DNA of 63,630 nt, filler included, from Choristocarpus tenellus KU-1152 (Eukaryota > Protista > Phaeophyceae), in the NCBI GenBank assembly GCA_964200185.2. It is 9 parts of 9 records of this genome, joined end to end, with 100 filler letters (N's around TTAATTAATTAA, not from the genome) between each part and the next. Parts side by side here need not be neighbours in the genome. Positions count along the whole stretch, not along the records: positions 9,451 to 14,402 come from CAXNAD020012405.1; positions 14,503 to 19,869 come from CAXNAD020011016.1; positions 19,970 to 51,338 come from CAXNAD020000082.1; 6 more parts are not named here. One strand, written 5' to 3'. Below are positions 13,193 to 26,500 of this stretch, one piece after another (within the stretch, counting starts at the first letter, position 1; the number at the start of each line of letters is the position of its first letter). Below the pieces are notes generated by a model. It was not told where the DNA came from. It made no database searches and saw only the letters and a list, made by a program, of their open reading frames with translations. A program made the position numbers and the translations under genes.

Positions 13193-14084
13193 TAGTTGTA
13201 CACTCGTGTGTGTGTACTTGACTCCTCCCTTCCCTGTCTCTTGTGTCTACCCATTGCTTTTCCTCCTCTGCTTTTCCTCCTCTGATTTTCCTCTGCCGAT
13301 GTGGCATAGATGGGAACAAGCGGGTGGGCAAGAGGAAGGCCTGGCAGATGAATGGGGCTACAGATCCCTCGGGAGAGGTGGTACGACCAATGGGAAACCG
13401 TATTGTTTTTGTTTTTTGTTTTTTGTTTTTTTCAGTGTGCGACGTTGAAGTGAAGGATATCAAAATTTATTATTATTATTGTTTTATTTTGAGGGATGTA
13501 AGAGATATTACGGTATAAAGAAGAGTCAGAAAAAATAAATATATATATATGAAAGAACTTAAATTAGTAGGAAATAAAAAAAATGAGTATATGTTGAAAA
13601 ATGTGAAGATTACTACTGACTTCTTGTATCGTACTGGCGTGCATGTGGATGTGAATGCTAACTCGTTTCTGTTTGTTATTTTTTTAACATTTTTCTTTCT
13701 GTTTAAACAAAAAAATACAGTTGAGAAAATTGCTGTGGCTGTTGGTCAAGTGTCATCTCGGTTCCCCCTCCCATTAACATTACCGTCATTAGCGTTAATA
13801 TCATCATGATCATAATTCTTAACATTGACATCAGCATTAACATTAACATTAACACTAACACTAACATTAAGGCTAACACTAACATTAGCACTAACATTAA
13901 CACTAACATCAACTCTAACACTAACAATAACGCTAACATTAACATTAACATTAACACTAACACTAACATTAACACTAACAAGGTGGAGGTGGTAAGGCCA
14001 AGGCGAGTTAAGGTCACAGTCACTGTCACAGTCGATGGAGGAGGGGGAGGCTTCGGCACCCCTGACTTCTCAGAGGAGAAGCAG
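9498..14084 (+). CDS. Partial spliced gene, possibly chromatin assembly factor 1 large subunit (p150/CHAF1A-like); exons about 9498-9590, 10335-10668, 13310-13380, 13983-14084
   Basis: AG/GT-bounded exons with compatible phases (0,1,0). They give EKKKAEAAVVGKVSLLNFFK (PIP-box-like LxxFF after a K/E-rich coil), FDEVQVALFEKRLRDGGNLEDLLAETAR and RPRRVKVTVTVTVDGGGGGFGTPDFSEEKQ, which recalls the segment preceding the conserved CAF1A domain in stramenopiles. Identity comes from recall only; the diagnostic domain is off-contig. Confidence 0.45.
11694..11950. repeat. AT-rich minisatellite, about 51-bp unit, about 5 copies
   Basis: Unit TTTTAGTTGATGTATTTATTTCATTATTGATTTTATTTATGATTTCATTCA repeats, also visible as the 17-aa periodic ORF 11662-11847. 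Confidence 0.9.
12686..12890. repeat. Minisatellite, about 63-72-bp unit, 3 copies
   Basis: AGATGAAATGGGAC...ACAATAATACTGATAGTATTACTACTAATA recurs at about 12686, 12749 and 12821. Confidence 0.85.
13821..13980. repeat. Degenerate hexamer microsatellite (AACACT/AACATT)n
   Basis: Directly visible; ends immediately before the AG acceptor at 13981-13982. Confidence 0.9.
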
Positions 14085-14502
14085 GTAGGTAGGATGGGTG
14101 TGTGGTTAAGGGGTGGTAGGTTGGGTACAGAGGTTAGATTGTCATACACAGGCAACAGTGCACATCGCCATGCATTGACTACTTTGGTCCATGCTATCAT
14201 GAGCCTCAGAGCACATACATTCAACATTCAAAGACGCTCAGGGGGGGTTGACTGGGGTCTTGATATGCACATGGATGGAGGGTTGATATGCACGTCCCAC
14301 CTGGCATCATTACCCCCATCTCTAACATGTCTGTTTGCCTGTGCCCCAACCAAAAAAACCCCAAACGTTATTTTGTTTTTTTTTCTTGTGAAAATGCCTT
14401 GCNNNNNNNNNNNNNNNNNNNNNNNNNNNNNNNNNNNNNNNNNNNNTTAATTAATTAANNNNNNNNNNNNNNNNNNNNNNNNNNNNNNNNNNNNNNNNNN
14501 NN

Positions 14503-14730
14503 CCCCAGGGGCACAGGAGTAGGTAGATGGGAAGATAAGGAAGACAGTAGTACAATATTTGAAGCAGGTGAAGTAACTGATTAGTGGTTTCCACACAATG
14601 TTTTATAGTGTTCTTATGTTTAGGATATTTTATTTCTTTAGGGCTAACAACGACATACATATAGTTTTCATTGGTTTCCCCCCTGACACATCTGCAAAAT
14701 GTCAGAGGGCATAATAATAAAATATGTACG
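14503..14730 (+). repeat. Probable 3' tail of a related copy of the non-LTR element
   Basis: ATAGTTTTCATTGGTTTCCCCCTGACACATCTGCAAAATGTCAGAGGGCATAATAATAA (about 14661-14720) aligns with ATAGTTTCCATTGGTTTTTCCTTGGATACATCTGGAAAATTTCGGAGGGCATAGTAATAA (about 7689-7748). Confidence 0.6.
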
Positions 14731-16101
14731 CATCTTGGTATTATTTTAGTGTGCAAATAATTACTAGTTACTGTACTATATCGTATTATTGTTACGGTAA
14801 TAGGACAGTAGTTACAGTTCTTTGAACTACATATAATAATATATATTGGACAAGAAAGTAGTAGTCGAAATGGACCAACCAGAAAATGCCCTCCACTTTC
14901 TCTCTCTCGTAAAAACCTCAATAAAAACTGCAGGCGATCAATCCTTCCACAGACAGACGCTTTACGCCCCACTGTTTCCTCATCCCTCGCTACATAACAA
15001 ATCGGAAAGAAGAACGAAGCACAAACAGCGCTCTTCTAACCTTCCGCGATATCAAGGCCAACACCTCACTGTACTCTGCCTACTGGAATCACATCCTGGA
15101 CGGCCTTGAGCACCACATAACCGCAACAATGCATCCCTGACAAGTACTTGGGGTCCCATGACACACCTCAACTTCTCTTCTCAACCCTCTCATCCCACTA
15201 AACACCATGACGAAACAAGTCAACCTAGTGCAACAGCAAAAACACAATAAAACAACAGTTACACCTCCCCCCCTTCCTGCCCTTCCACTTCTTCAACATC
15301 ACGAAAAAAAGCACCTGGTAGACAACGGCGTAGGCAGAGTGGGGTGTCAGTCCCCCCTTCCCCACCTCCTTACATCGCCCTACCTACCCCCTCTGTTCTC
15401 CTGTATCATATAATTATGTGCACATCTCCTTGTTGGGTCCTTGGAAAAGCACCTAGGCAACAAAAATCAACTCTGTATACAGCTACTTAAGTAGTACTTG
15501 GCCAGGACAGGAAAAGCTACAAACTATATGACCCAACCAAAACGGCACAAATCATCACCTCCTGCAAAAAAACACTACAGCAGTCAGCTGAAGTATCCTA
15601 GAGGAGGGTGACATTGTTGTTGAAGGAGTCTCTGCAAATGTTTTCTGACATTCATCTCTACTTCCCTCCTTAATCCAATCCAACGACAAAATATCCACCC
15701 ACAGAGTCTTTCTTCTACATCCTCAGACTGCTGACTGGTTACCTTAATACGACTAATGCAAATGAGGTGTGAGGGGTATCACATATGTAAGTCCCATTAA
15801 ACAAATAAAAAGGGCATCTCCACCCCCCTCTAGGATATACATTGACTCATCACTACACGTGACCTGGAATCCCCCTCCAACATAACCCTCCCTATGTCCT
15901 GAATGAAGTAAGCACATATATGGCACAATTAACACGCCAGCAGCAGACATAAAGCCCTCTTCTGCAAAAGCATTATGCAGCAGAGTCGGGGCACACGACT
16001 AGCAAAGATACATAAATCAAAATGGCCCTTGTGACATGCTCACCCAAAACCCAAAACCCAAAACGACAAACCTATCACTAACATCGATATGTATTACTAT
16101 G

Positions 16102-16139
<38 letters not shown>

Positions 16140-17561
16140 TACAGAGATAAAACAAAAATCAAGTGCCAATATTTCCTTTACGCCCTTCTGACCCGTCCTA
16201 GCTCATCCTTACCCAATAATCTGCCACAAAACCTCAAAATCACTAAACATACAAATAAAACTTGGAAATATGAGATGGAAATAAGAGATGCCCTTTGCAA
16301 CATCAGTGTCTTGAATATTGCAGGGAGTGAGAAAGGGGGGGTGGAAGGTGGGGAGGAAGGGGTGGGGAGGTTGGGGAGCCGGAGGAACAAAACACAAATC
16401 AGAACAAATTAATTCCTCCTCAATGACAGTTGCCCTATGGCTGGCAGGTTGCCACAGAGCTACGCTTGGAAAAATAATCTGAACTGCTCGTGCAGGTAAA
16501 AAAAAAAGTGGATCGTAGAAATTTCAGGTTACGCCATACACATTGAAAGTTCTTGTTCAGCATGCATGTCTCTTCATGGCACAGTGGTAAAAGCCATCGA
16601 AGATCAGTCACACCCTCCTGCGGAAGTTCAAACAAAGAATTGGGAATGGCAGGGGGGGTGGGAGGGGAAAGGGGAGGGAACGTGCCTGTGACTTTGGATG
16701 GTGATGCAGTCCATCAACTGCAATAGGAGAACAAAGACCTCAAGGATCAGGCACTGTAAAAGTCTTCACAAAACCTAATTCACCCAATGTTTTGAGCTCA
16801 ACAACAGGATGTCTCCATTGAGAATGGTGTCTGATAGAGCAAGTCTGGGCAGAAGAGGGTCTCTCATATGACTGGGCAACAACTATGCCGCAGAGATACA
16901 CTAACAATTACAATACATTCTGCAACTAAGAATACATAATTAGGACTTAGACAAAAATTAAACGCTTGGATTGTAAGGCGGGATTTCTTCTCCGTGACAT
17001 GAACAAATATATTTCCAAGAACCTTGGTCAACAGACTCAGAGCCAGCTCTAGAGATGCATGACCGACTCTTCATATACAGTGGTGACTAGCGATACAATT
17101 CTAATGTTCTTCATTATCCGCAGACTCCCACGTTCAAGCCTGGGCACAGAATAGTCTATTTCATATATTGTTAGGTAACTCAAGGTATCAATCACCACTC
17201 TCAACAGAGAAATGCATCATGTATCTGAATAGGGTGTACGTGAGGCTGTATCGGGTTTCAAAGTAAGAGAGCGTCACAGCCTGTTCCGTGCAATCTTTGA
17301 AGAAAAAAAATGATAGCAATACGGACATTAGTCTCCACAGCCTGGAAATGCAATTTGGGAAAAACCCTCCTCTTGTGTACAGACTTTGCAGTTCTCTTGT
17401 CGACCGTCCACAACGCTACTTCTTGGAAAATAAAATTTACAATAAAAAAGAACTGCTTCAACCTGTAATCTCCCTCATTTCTTAATTGATCAAAGAAAGA
17501 AAGAAAGAAAAATATATAGTAATTACGTGCGTGAAACCTAGGATTGCAAAAAAAAGTGTAA

Positions 17562-17827
17562 GAGTCAAATATCTTAGAGGGCAAGACCGCTTCCATTTGG
17601 GGGTCAAAATCCAATGTTGCGATTTTGATATGGTTTTAGCAATTGTGGTTACTGGGAAGTGCCAATATCCTTGTTCCAGACACACCTTTTCAAAATGTTT
17701 ACATTTTATCTACTCCAAAATGCTTTGGAGTAGGTAAAATATCACAAAAAACAACAACATGGGAAGCCAAGTCCCAAATGGACAAGGAGGGCAAAACTCG
17801 TTCGTACCCTCTGAGATACTTTCACTC
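17562..17827 (+). mobile_element. MITE family A, full copy
   Basis: GAGTCAAATATCTTAGAGGG ... CCCTCTGAGATACTTTCACTC; flanks share TAA. Confidence 0.9.
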
Positions 17828-19818
17828 TAACAAACATAAAAAAAACTTTAGCAATCCATAACTATCTGCATTTGAAGAAAATTAATTGAAAGTACGGTAT
17901 GAGTTTGGTAGCTGTCACACTGCACGCTTGACTATCATTCAGTACATCATGGGAAACAAACTCTCAAGAATTTTTTCTTTCCTTCTAAGGTTTATCAACG
18001 AACAAGATAGATGTTTTGTTAGGGGTTTTGATTGATCCATCTTCGAGGGAATGGTCAAGTGCGCCAGCTCCTTGAGTGTGTATGGTTCTTTCTTCATTTG
18101 ACAAGTGTGGCAATATGCTTCCAATATACTACCAAAACACATGAATGAATCGTGGAAATCCAAAGGTTCTACACAAACATTCAAATAGGTGGCACGGTGC
18201 AAGGGATAAATAAAAAAAATCACTGAGGTTAGGGACAGGGTTCATGGTTAAGGTTTACAAGGGTTACTAGTGTAGAAAAAATACATACAATTTCGAAGAA
18301 AATGTGATCCATTCTCACACGACTACTATACCAGTCACTCACAAAAAATAGTAACAAAATTAGTGCCCCCCCCCTCCAAAAAAAAGGTGTCAACTACTTA
18401 GAACAAAAAAAAGGTTTCACATATACAAACAAGATGATCCCATCTGCAAACCAGAACGGTCCCACAATTATCATGACAACTAGAAATTGTACCAGTCCAT
18501 GCAAGTCAATTGGATAGGGTCTAATATTATCTAACATGTCCAAACTATGTCAGTACATCTTGTACTAGTCCAACTGTCCAATCTGTTTGGCCACCAGCCA
18601 CTCCATTTGAAAAGCTTGTGCAAAACGTCCCAGATAAAGCTACACGTGCCTATAAATACTACTCTTTCTAATCACTGTCTGACCTTTTTTATTTTTCAGA
18701 ACCTTACCAACAGTCCACGCGCTCTTTTAAAAATCACGATAACATCAGGATGCATGTATGTACAAAAAAATCTTGAAGATGTACCTGTAAGCTAATATTT
18801 ACACAGGTCACAAATCACCCCAGGTGCCCCAAACACCTAACACGATGCAGTAATATATATATATATATATATATATAATAATAAACAGAAAAAAGTATCA
18901 CGAAATAAAAAACAATCTAGTTGAAATAAAAAAAAAACCTAGTTGAGATGTTCAAGAGACTGACTTCTTTGCAAAAAAAGGGAGCGGTATGTTGAAGTTT
19001 CTTTTCAAACCTCTTGAAAAAAAAATCTTACAAAATTCAGTTGTTAATTCAATTATACTGGTAAAGAATAAAAAAAAAATCGGCTCAATGTGTGTCAAGA
19101 TATACCTCACCTAAATATCTTTGTAGGTCTTTTTAGAGTGCGATTGGTTGGATAGTCGAGGTTTGCGAACAATGTTTATGTGCTGGGGTGACATTGGCCA
19201 ATTTAACGTAAAAATGGTTGGAGAAACACATATTGACAATAGGAATGTCCTTATACGTCACTTGAACAAACGTACACACACACACACACATAAAAATATA
19301 AATATAAATATAAATACAAATACAAATACAAATACAAATTCAAATGCAAATAGATAGACAATTTCAAGAGTAATTAAATGGAAGAAAAGGGAGGATATTT
19401 AGAAAAGTTTATTATCATGTTCAAAGGTGTGTAAATTCACAAAATTCACATTTTTTTTTGTTGTCACATTTAAAAAAGTACATTCAGAACAAAAAAAAGG
19501 TATTTAAAAAACGTCAATTGCACAGGGTAGCAAAGATTGTTTAGATTGAAAAAGGACCCAAACCTACCTACCTCTCTGTTTCTTTGGCTCAAATATACCT
19601 TACGCTGGTCAGTCACAGATAAAATGTCCAACATGTAAAGTCCATGGTCGGCACTACTTCAACATGACTGGGCTCGCCTGCCAGCTGTGTCCATGGTTAT
19701 CAACTGCTTCCAGATGACATCACCATACGGCAGACAGGAGACATGCCACCTGCCTGGGTAACTGGGAAACTCTGAAAAAAACTAATTACACCCTTAAAAG
19801 CAACCCCCCCCCCCCCCC

Positions 19819-19853
<35 letters not shown>

Positions 19854-19969
19854 CCCCCCCCACCTCCTCNNNNNNNNNNNNNNNNNNNNNNNNNNNNNNN
19901 NNNNNNNNNNNNNTTAATTAATTAANNNNNNNNNNNNNNNNNNNNNNNNNNNNNNNNNNNNNNNNNNNN

Positions 19970-20141
19970 CAAAAACCGGGGGGGGTGGGACATCAACACC
20001 AGGGTGTCCATTTGACCAAAATCAGGAAAATTGCATGTACATTATCCATCCGATGTATGCCACCAAATCGCACAAAAAACGCGACATGAAAAAATTGACC
20101 CCAAATGGAAAGCCGCTACCCCCTCCCAGATACTTTGAGCC
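19970..20141 (+). mobile_element. MITE family B, nested in a family A copy
   Basis: Ends ...CCCAGATACTTTGAGCC and is followed directly by the right half of family A. Confidence 0.8.
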
Positions 20142-20249
20142 ACTTCAAAATATTTCAGAGTAAGAAAATGTCATAAAAAAAACACTGGGAAGCCAAACCC
20201 CAAACAGACAAACAGGGAAAAACTCGTACCCTCTAACATACTTTCACTC
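20142..20249 (+). mobile_element. MITE family A, right half
   Basis: GGGAAGCCAAACCCCAAACAGACAAACAGGGAAAAACTCGTACCCTCTAACATACTTTCACTC matches the family A right arm. Confidence 0.85.
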
Positions 20250-20517
20250 TGACTTGCAGAACAAACTATATTGTTACCCACATAGAATGGCAGTACTCCA
20301 CTTCAACGCTTGTCCTATTTTACTTCATGTTTTCCCTGTTTACCTTCCTGTAACCTCTCACACTTTCCAATATCTATCATTCAGCATGTAGTGTTATTGA
20401 TCTTCTACATATTTTACAGTGAAATATTATATATGTTATATTGCATATATTAACTCTATTTGCTAGACTGGCCCAGATCAACATCACTACATTCTGCATA
20501 TATATTCTCAGGCCTAC

Positions 20518-23500
20518 CTCAAGGTGGGAAAGGAAGGTAACCTTCCATGACACTCCAGCACTACCAAATGTTTTGCGTTCCACTTGCACGTTCACAGCCT
20601 CATTATTACTGACTGTTTCACTTCCTGCATCCATACGCAAGGTGTACAAAGCTGCCTGGACTATCTCGGCACTAGCATCACTAGGAATATCTTTAGTGAC
20701 ATCCCCAGCAAAGTAGAGTCGGAAGTACCTGTGTGAGTTGAGATGATAAGGACAGACACCGAAAAGGATGGGGACAAGCCACAAGGAGTGTTATTGAGCA
20801 TTCAATTGTCACAGTATCAAAACAGATATTTCTGCCAACATGGTCATCCCACAAGTCTAAAGAACTTATATAGAGGTGGCAAAGTCATATACACCACTGT
20901 ATCAACATGACAAACACAATATCCCAAACTTTCTCATTTTTTTTCCACACCAAGGCCCAATCAGTACATTGGGGAATACTCTTACCCCTCAGTTCCATTT
21001 TTGATGCTAACAGTCTGTACTGCAGTGGATGTCATGACCTTGTATCCTCCGGGGCCAGTGAGGGAAACAAGGAAGGCATCTGAAGCACCATCACCGTGGC
21101 CAATGAAGTGGGTCGTGGAATCACCAGACCTGGTAATGTATTCAGGTTCCAATACAGTTTGTAGCTGTTTCAAAGATCAATTGAGCAGTAAATAGTGGAT
21201 CTCTTTCAACTTCCATCCCCAAACTTGCTTCAACTGGTTCTTCTGAGTCAAGGTATCTTAGAGGGTAGAGCGTCCGTTTGGCGGCCAAAATCCAATGTTG
21301 AAAGTTTGATGCAATTTTGGCTATCATGTTTGATAGGAAGTGTCAATATCCTTGTTCCAGACACATTTTTTCATAACATTCACATTTTGCCTCTCCAAAA
21401 CACGTTTGAGTAGGCAAAATGTTATAAATAAACCCCGTGGGAATCCAAACCCCAAATGCACAAACATGGCAAAACTCCTACCCTCCAAGATACTTTCACT
21501 CTCTGCTGTTATTGGGAAATGACATTGTAGTGGATTTGAAAATAACATGGTCATTGTCTGACTGAAAGATCATCTTGATACCCTCACCCTGACTGCATAT
21601 AGCTCACAACACTCAGCCCTCCACAGTACATATATTTTTTGTTGTTTATCATTCAGCCAAGTCCCTCCATTGTACCAATATATCATTGTGCTCAAGTCTC
21701 AAGGAAAAAAGACATATAAATAACCCTATTATACACACCTGATATTCCCAAAAGCATCCCTGGACACAACAATGAATGTTGCAGGCTCTCCCACAACTGC
21801 TGTCATTAGACCCTTGTCACTTCCTACTTGTTTCGCGGTACAGCTGGGTACATGTAAGTCACCATGCACTATCAGCAGACTGGGGTAATCCAAGGTACAC
21901 ACCGATGGTGGTGCATAGACAGATATTCCATTGTACTGTCGGGATAACACTGAACTGTTGGACAGGGGAGGAGAGCAGTGCTGGACTGACTCACCCCCAA
22001 TGTTGACCCGCATCTCATAAGTTCTGAGGATTCGGAGTAATGATAAGTTGGTATTAAAGACCTTACGAAGAGGGTTATGGGTACCTATGCCAAGGTGGTA
22101 CAAGCTAAGACATGCAACTGTTGTAATGCTTAATAGATTTTTTTGGCGATGAAAAGTATCAGCACAGAACCTTCGCAAAGTTGGAGTAGTTCTATGAGTG
22201 CACTACACAAAAATAGGTGCTACCAAGCTTCCCCTAACATAGCAAGCTGAATGTGAACTTGTTACCAAGAGAAGTTGCATTGGACTCGTCTTAAGCGTAT
22301 CTTACCCTGCTCGTGGAACAGTATAGATAGCAGTGTACGTCCCATCATCATTATCAACAACTGCCCCCCGATACTGGACAAAAGATGAGTTTAGGACAGC
22401 CTGTACGGACACCTCGTCTCTTCCCAGCATACGGTTGTTTCCATATGTGTCCTTGGCCTGCAGTATTAAAAAAAATGGGAATTGAGGAGACCCTGAAGGA
22501 TTTTTTGGTGTAGTAGTCTCCAGGTTTAGAGTGGTTTGAGAAATAACCAGGCTTGAGCTAGTGCAGTTGGTTGGAGCACAGATGTTTGAACACTCAAGTC
22601 TACCATAGCACGAGTAACATTACAATTCTTGCACAAATTTCTATCGTTGGCAATCAGTGCTGGATACGTATATTCACCTGGATATTGAAGTATCCAGTTA
22701 GACCTGCCACCCCCTCTACTAGAGCATCAAGAGCTGGAGAGGCATCCCCTTCAGCCTCACAGACAGATGGGGCTGTAGGGCCTGGTGCAATTACTATCTC
22801 AAAGGGGGAGCATTTGTTTGTCTGACCAAGTCCACAGTAGATGTCAGTCCCAGCCACAGTCTTGATGGAGAGGCTATAATTCCCAGCCTGGGAAAAAAGA
22901 GTATGGATTAGAGTGCGACTCGTGAGGAGCTTGAACATGCACCCTTGCTTCTTAGAGGTATTTAATATGTTGAATAGTAAGGAGTGCAACATTGAGGGAA
23001 GACGTTGTAGATTAGATATCTTCTTAATTCTGAGAAATACCCTCACCTCATCTTCCATAGACCAAGAGTGATTGGTCTAGAATGTGGGAAACTCCAAAGG
23101 CTATTTGCCAACCCACTGTCGTGGGTTACTAGATTCGCACCTTAGTTGCAAGGTATGTTACACGGTAACTACCATCCTCAATATATTCAGGTGCTCCCAC
23201 AGAGCTTGGTCCTAGCTTCCGTGTTCCGTCGACCAGTTCCACCTAGAGTTGAATACATTGCATGAAGTAAGCGATCAATTGCTGTGAACTTGAGTTTAAC
23301 AAAAAATAGTATGGGATCCTCTACATAATCTTAATGCAGTACAAAAAAATTGGTCATCCTTTTGCAAGAGCCAATTTTTTCAAGTAGTACACCGGAGTAG
23401 TATAATGACCAAATCAATACCAATACCAAATATACTTCTCAACTACACTTGTAGATTGCTTAAGATCTGAAATCAAAACTGTGTACATACAAGAGTAGAT

Positions 23501-26500
23501 ACTGTAGTGCCTCCATTGATAGCCCACCTGGAATACTGCTCCCTCCTCTCCCACTACATCTCTTGTCTCGTTATTCCCCCAATTGTCCTGATTGAGTGAA
23601 GAAAGTCTCAGTTTTGAAAAGTTGAAGTGGAAAATATTTGTTATTTTTTTCACAAGCAAACTTGTGGTAGCAAGGCAAACTCAGTGAGTGGCCATTGGAA
23701 ATTGTGATAAGCAGTTACCTTTTGAATTTCTTACTCTGCTTAGTGATAGGAAATGTAAACATAAGTTGCAGGTATCCAAGAATATGGTTGTTCAGGTATG
23801 GATACTATATTCAGGTACCAAAGCGGTTCTTGTTCGAATAAAACCTACAGCTGCCAAGGAGTCACAATCACACTCACCTTTGCCTGTATGACAAACATGG
23901 ATGGTACCCCAGCTTCAGCCTTGGTTATCCCTGAGCCATACACTGTTGTAAAAGGATATGAAGCAGCTCCTGGCACAACTTCAATGTCAAATGGCGACCC
24001 AGCGATGGGGGTAGCATAATAAAGGCTTCTGGCTGGGATGATCTCTGGAGTTATGCTGTAGCTGCTCCACATTAGCTGAGGAATGGATTGTTGGGTTCCA
24101 TAGGACGTGGTAAGGAATACATGGATCAGTATCCTGCGCAGTTTAGAGTAATGAAATATCTACTCTATGTTGATACTATCGAATAGTATACCATTGATAA
24201 AATTGGATATCATAGTCTAACATTGCAAATAAAGGTTATCATAGTTTATCACTGTGGTGTGGTAAGTACACTGTCATCTTGAACAAATTAAGATGGAGGT
24301 TATAGTTGAGCAAGGACTTATTGTTGTTCCAATCAAAGATGCTCCTGTGTTATAAGACATATAACAGACTGCACTGACCTGCACTGCAGCTGCTCCAGTC
24401 TGCTCTCTGTATTCTACCACCAAGTCATGGTATGTTCCGTTTGTTAGCTTCAGGGATACACGGTGCTCATTGACACCTTCCATTGACACTAAGGGGAACA
24501 GGCAAGCAACGCTCTATATTCAGGGGGTGGAGAGGTCAGGTAGCTAGCCCCTGTCCAGGAGCTAGAGTATGTCTAATTGACACATCTTCAACTCTATCTG
24601 ATATCTTGGGATGACTTGAACACTTGCCTTGCCTCTCTTCAAGTTATCATTCCCCCTCAATCACGAAAATGTGCATGAGAGGTGAATTCCATTTCTATCA
24701 AACTTAGATCCGATAATAGGTCCACATGGCAACTTGCAGGATGCACCTCAATTACTCACTAAAGCCACATGATCACCTGCCGGAAGTGGCAGAAACTTAT
24801 CAAATCCACTATAAAGGAATGCAAAATTGTAGGTGTCCTCTCCAGGAGCACTCGGCACTATTGGGGACCAATGGTGAGACATTGAAAAAATCGATAATAT
24901 GCTCACATGTGCCATCCCAGGTGTTAATGAGAAGCTCGTGGTCTACATAGAGTCGTGCAGCATCATCAGCACGTAGGTAAAAGGTGAAAGTTTCCGTGCT
25001 AGGTGCCAACAACTTGCCAACCCAGCGAACAGAGACATAGTCCCGGCCGTATGGAGTGATAGAGCCAGTCCCCCAGTCGAACTTTATCTGTTCAATATTT
25101 TGATTGAGCAATGAGTGCAGAGGATTTGTTCAGTGAGGAATAATTTGTTGATATATCTAGCACTTGGTACTCATCAACAATACCTTCTTACATTCTGAAA
25201 AACCGTAGATGCTAGAGAAATCCAAGACAACTTTTGTTCATTTAGAATTGCACGAAGTATCACTGGTAAGGTGCAAAGAGGAGAGCTAGGGTAAGAATTA
25301 GAGTTATTATTCAAAATGCGGACAAAGGATATCAAGGAAATTGAAGAGGTCAGATATGCTGAGAGGAGTGCACCAAAACAAGATCCAGCTGTTCCTCTCC
25401 AAAATTCTTCCCCATATTGTTTCGTTGAATTTTCCGAACCTCAGGGTCGATGCGTTCAATAGTGGGTGCTCCCATTAGCCACTGGTTATCCCAGTAGCTA
25501 GCACTCAGACCCCCAGGCAAGAGGTGCGTCACAGCCACCTGTGTATTGGATACGAAACTTGATTTGAGATATGTTATATGAGTCATCAATCTTGAGTACA
25601 AGGAAAAAGAGGATATGAATAGAGGATCCACACATCTGTCATTCCATCTCTAATTCCCGCCTGGTATGGCCCTGTTTGGAGTGGGGTGTAGCTCGCAGTG
25701 TAGGTGGGTCGCCCAGCCAGCATTTCCTCCACAACCAGAATGGGGACATCCCCGGTAAGGGATGAGTTGGAACCTGCCATCACCTGTAGATTCATCCCAG
25801 TTATGTTGTTTGGATCAGTCAACTATAACTATTGACATCAGTGACTGTGTGAAGGAGATCTCAGTTGTACTCGTACAAACATTTTCTTCATTTTGATCAG
25901 ATATGAAGTGACCCTTTCCGCACATCCACTCACCGGTGCATGTCCACAGCAAAAACAGACGTGAAGTATGTTGTGATAGTAGTAATAACATTTGAGACTT
26001 CGTTTTGAATTGTGTCTGAAATAAAACAAGAGTAATTTTTCTTCATAGTTTGCAAACACACACTTTAACACGCCCTTTGAAGTGTCTTGTTTCTATCACC
26101 TCGTATGTGGATGCCAAAGCAGAAGATCCAGTCAATCCCGTAAAATCCACAGAAATGAGGTCAAGGTCTCCCACCAGGTCCCTACAATAGAAATAAAATG
26201 TTGTGATTGGTACAAGGCATTATCTAACTCATACTGCCAGCAATCCTGTTGTGTGAGATACAAGCGGTAAGTGTGAGGTCTGTGCTGAGCAGTTCCAGAT
26301 GTGAGTCCAACATCCGCTGTATCCGACATACACGAAATTAGAAAGTATGCAAACACCTCCTACTCAGCGTTTACTTGTCGATGCCCGAAGTGTGCATTTC
26401 GCATTCTATTAGGACATCCTGTTATACAAAGATGCTGTCCCACACCCAAAAATCCTGATACCCTCTGAATTCCAGTGTCATATAGCAACATTCCAGACTA

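Noticed and set aside
13703-14450. Long ORFs 13806-14450(+) and 13703-14227(-) as single-exon genes
   Set aside because: Their length comes from the stop-free hexamer repeat; only 13983-14084 looks like a real exon.
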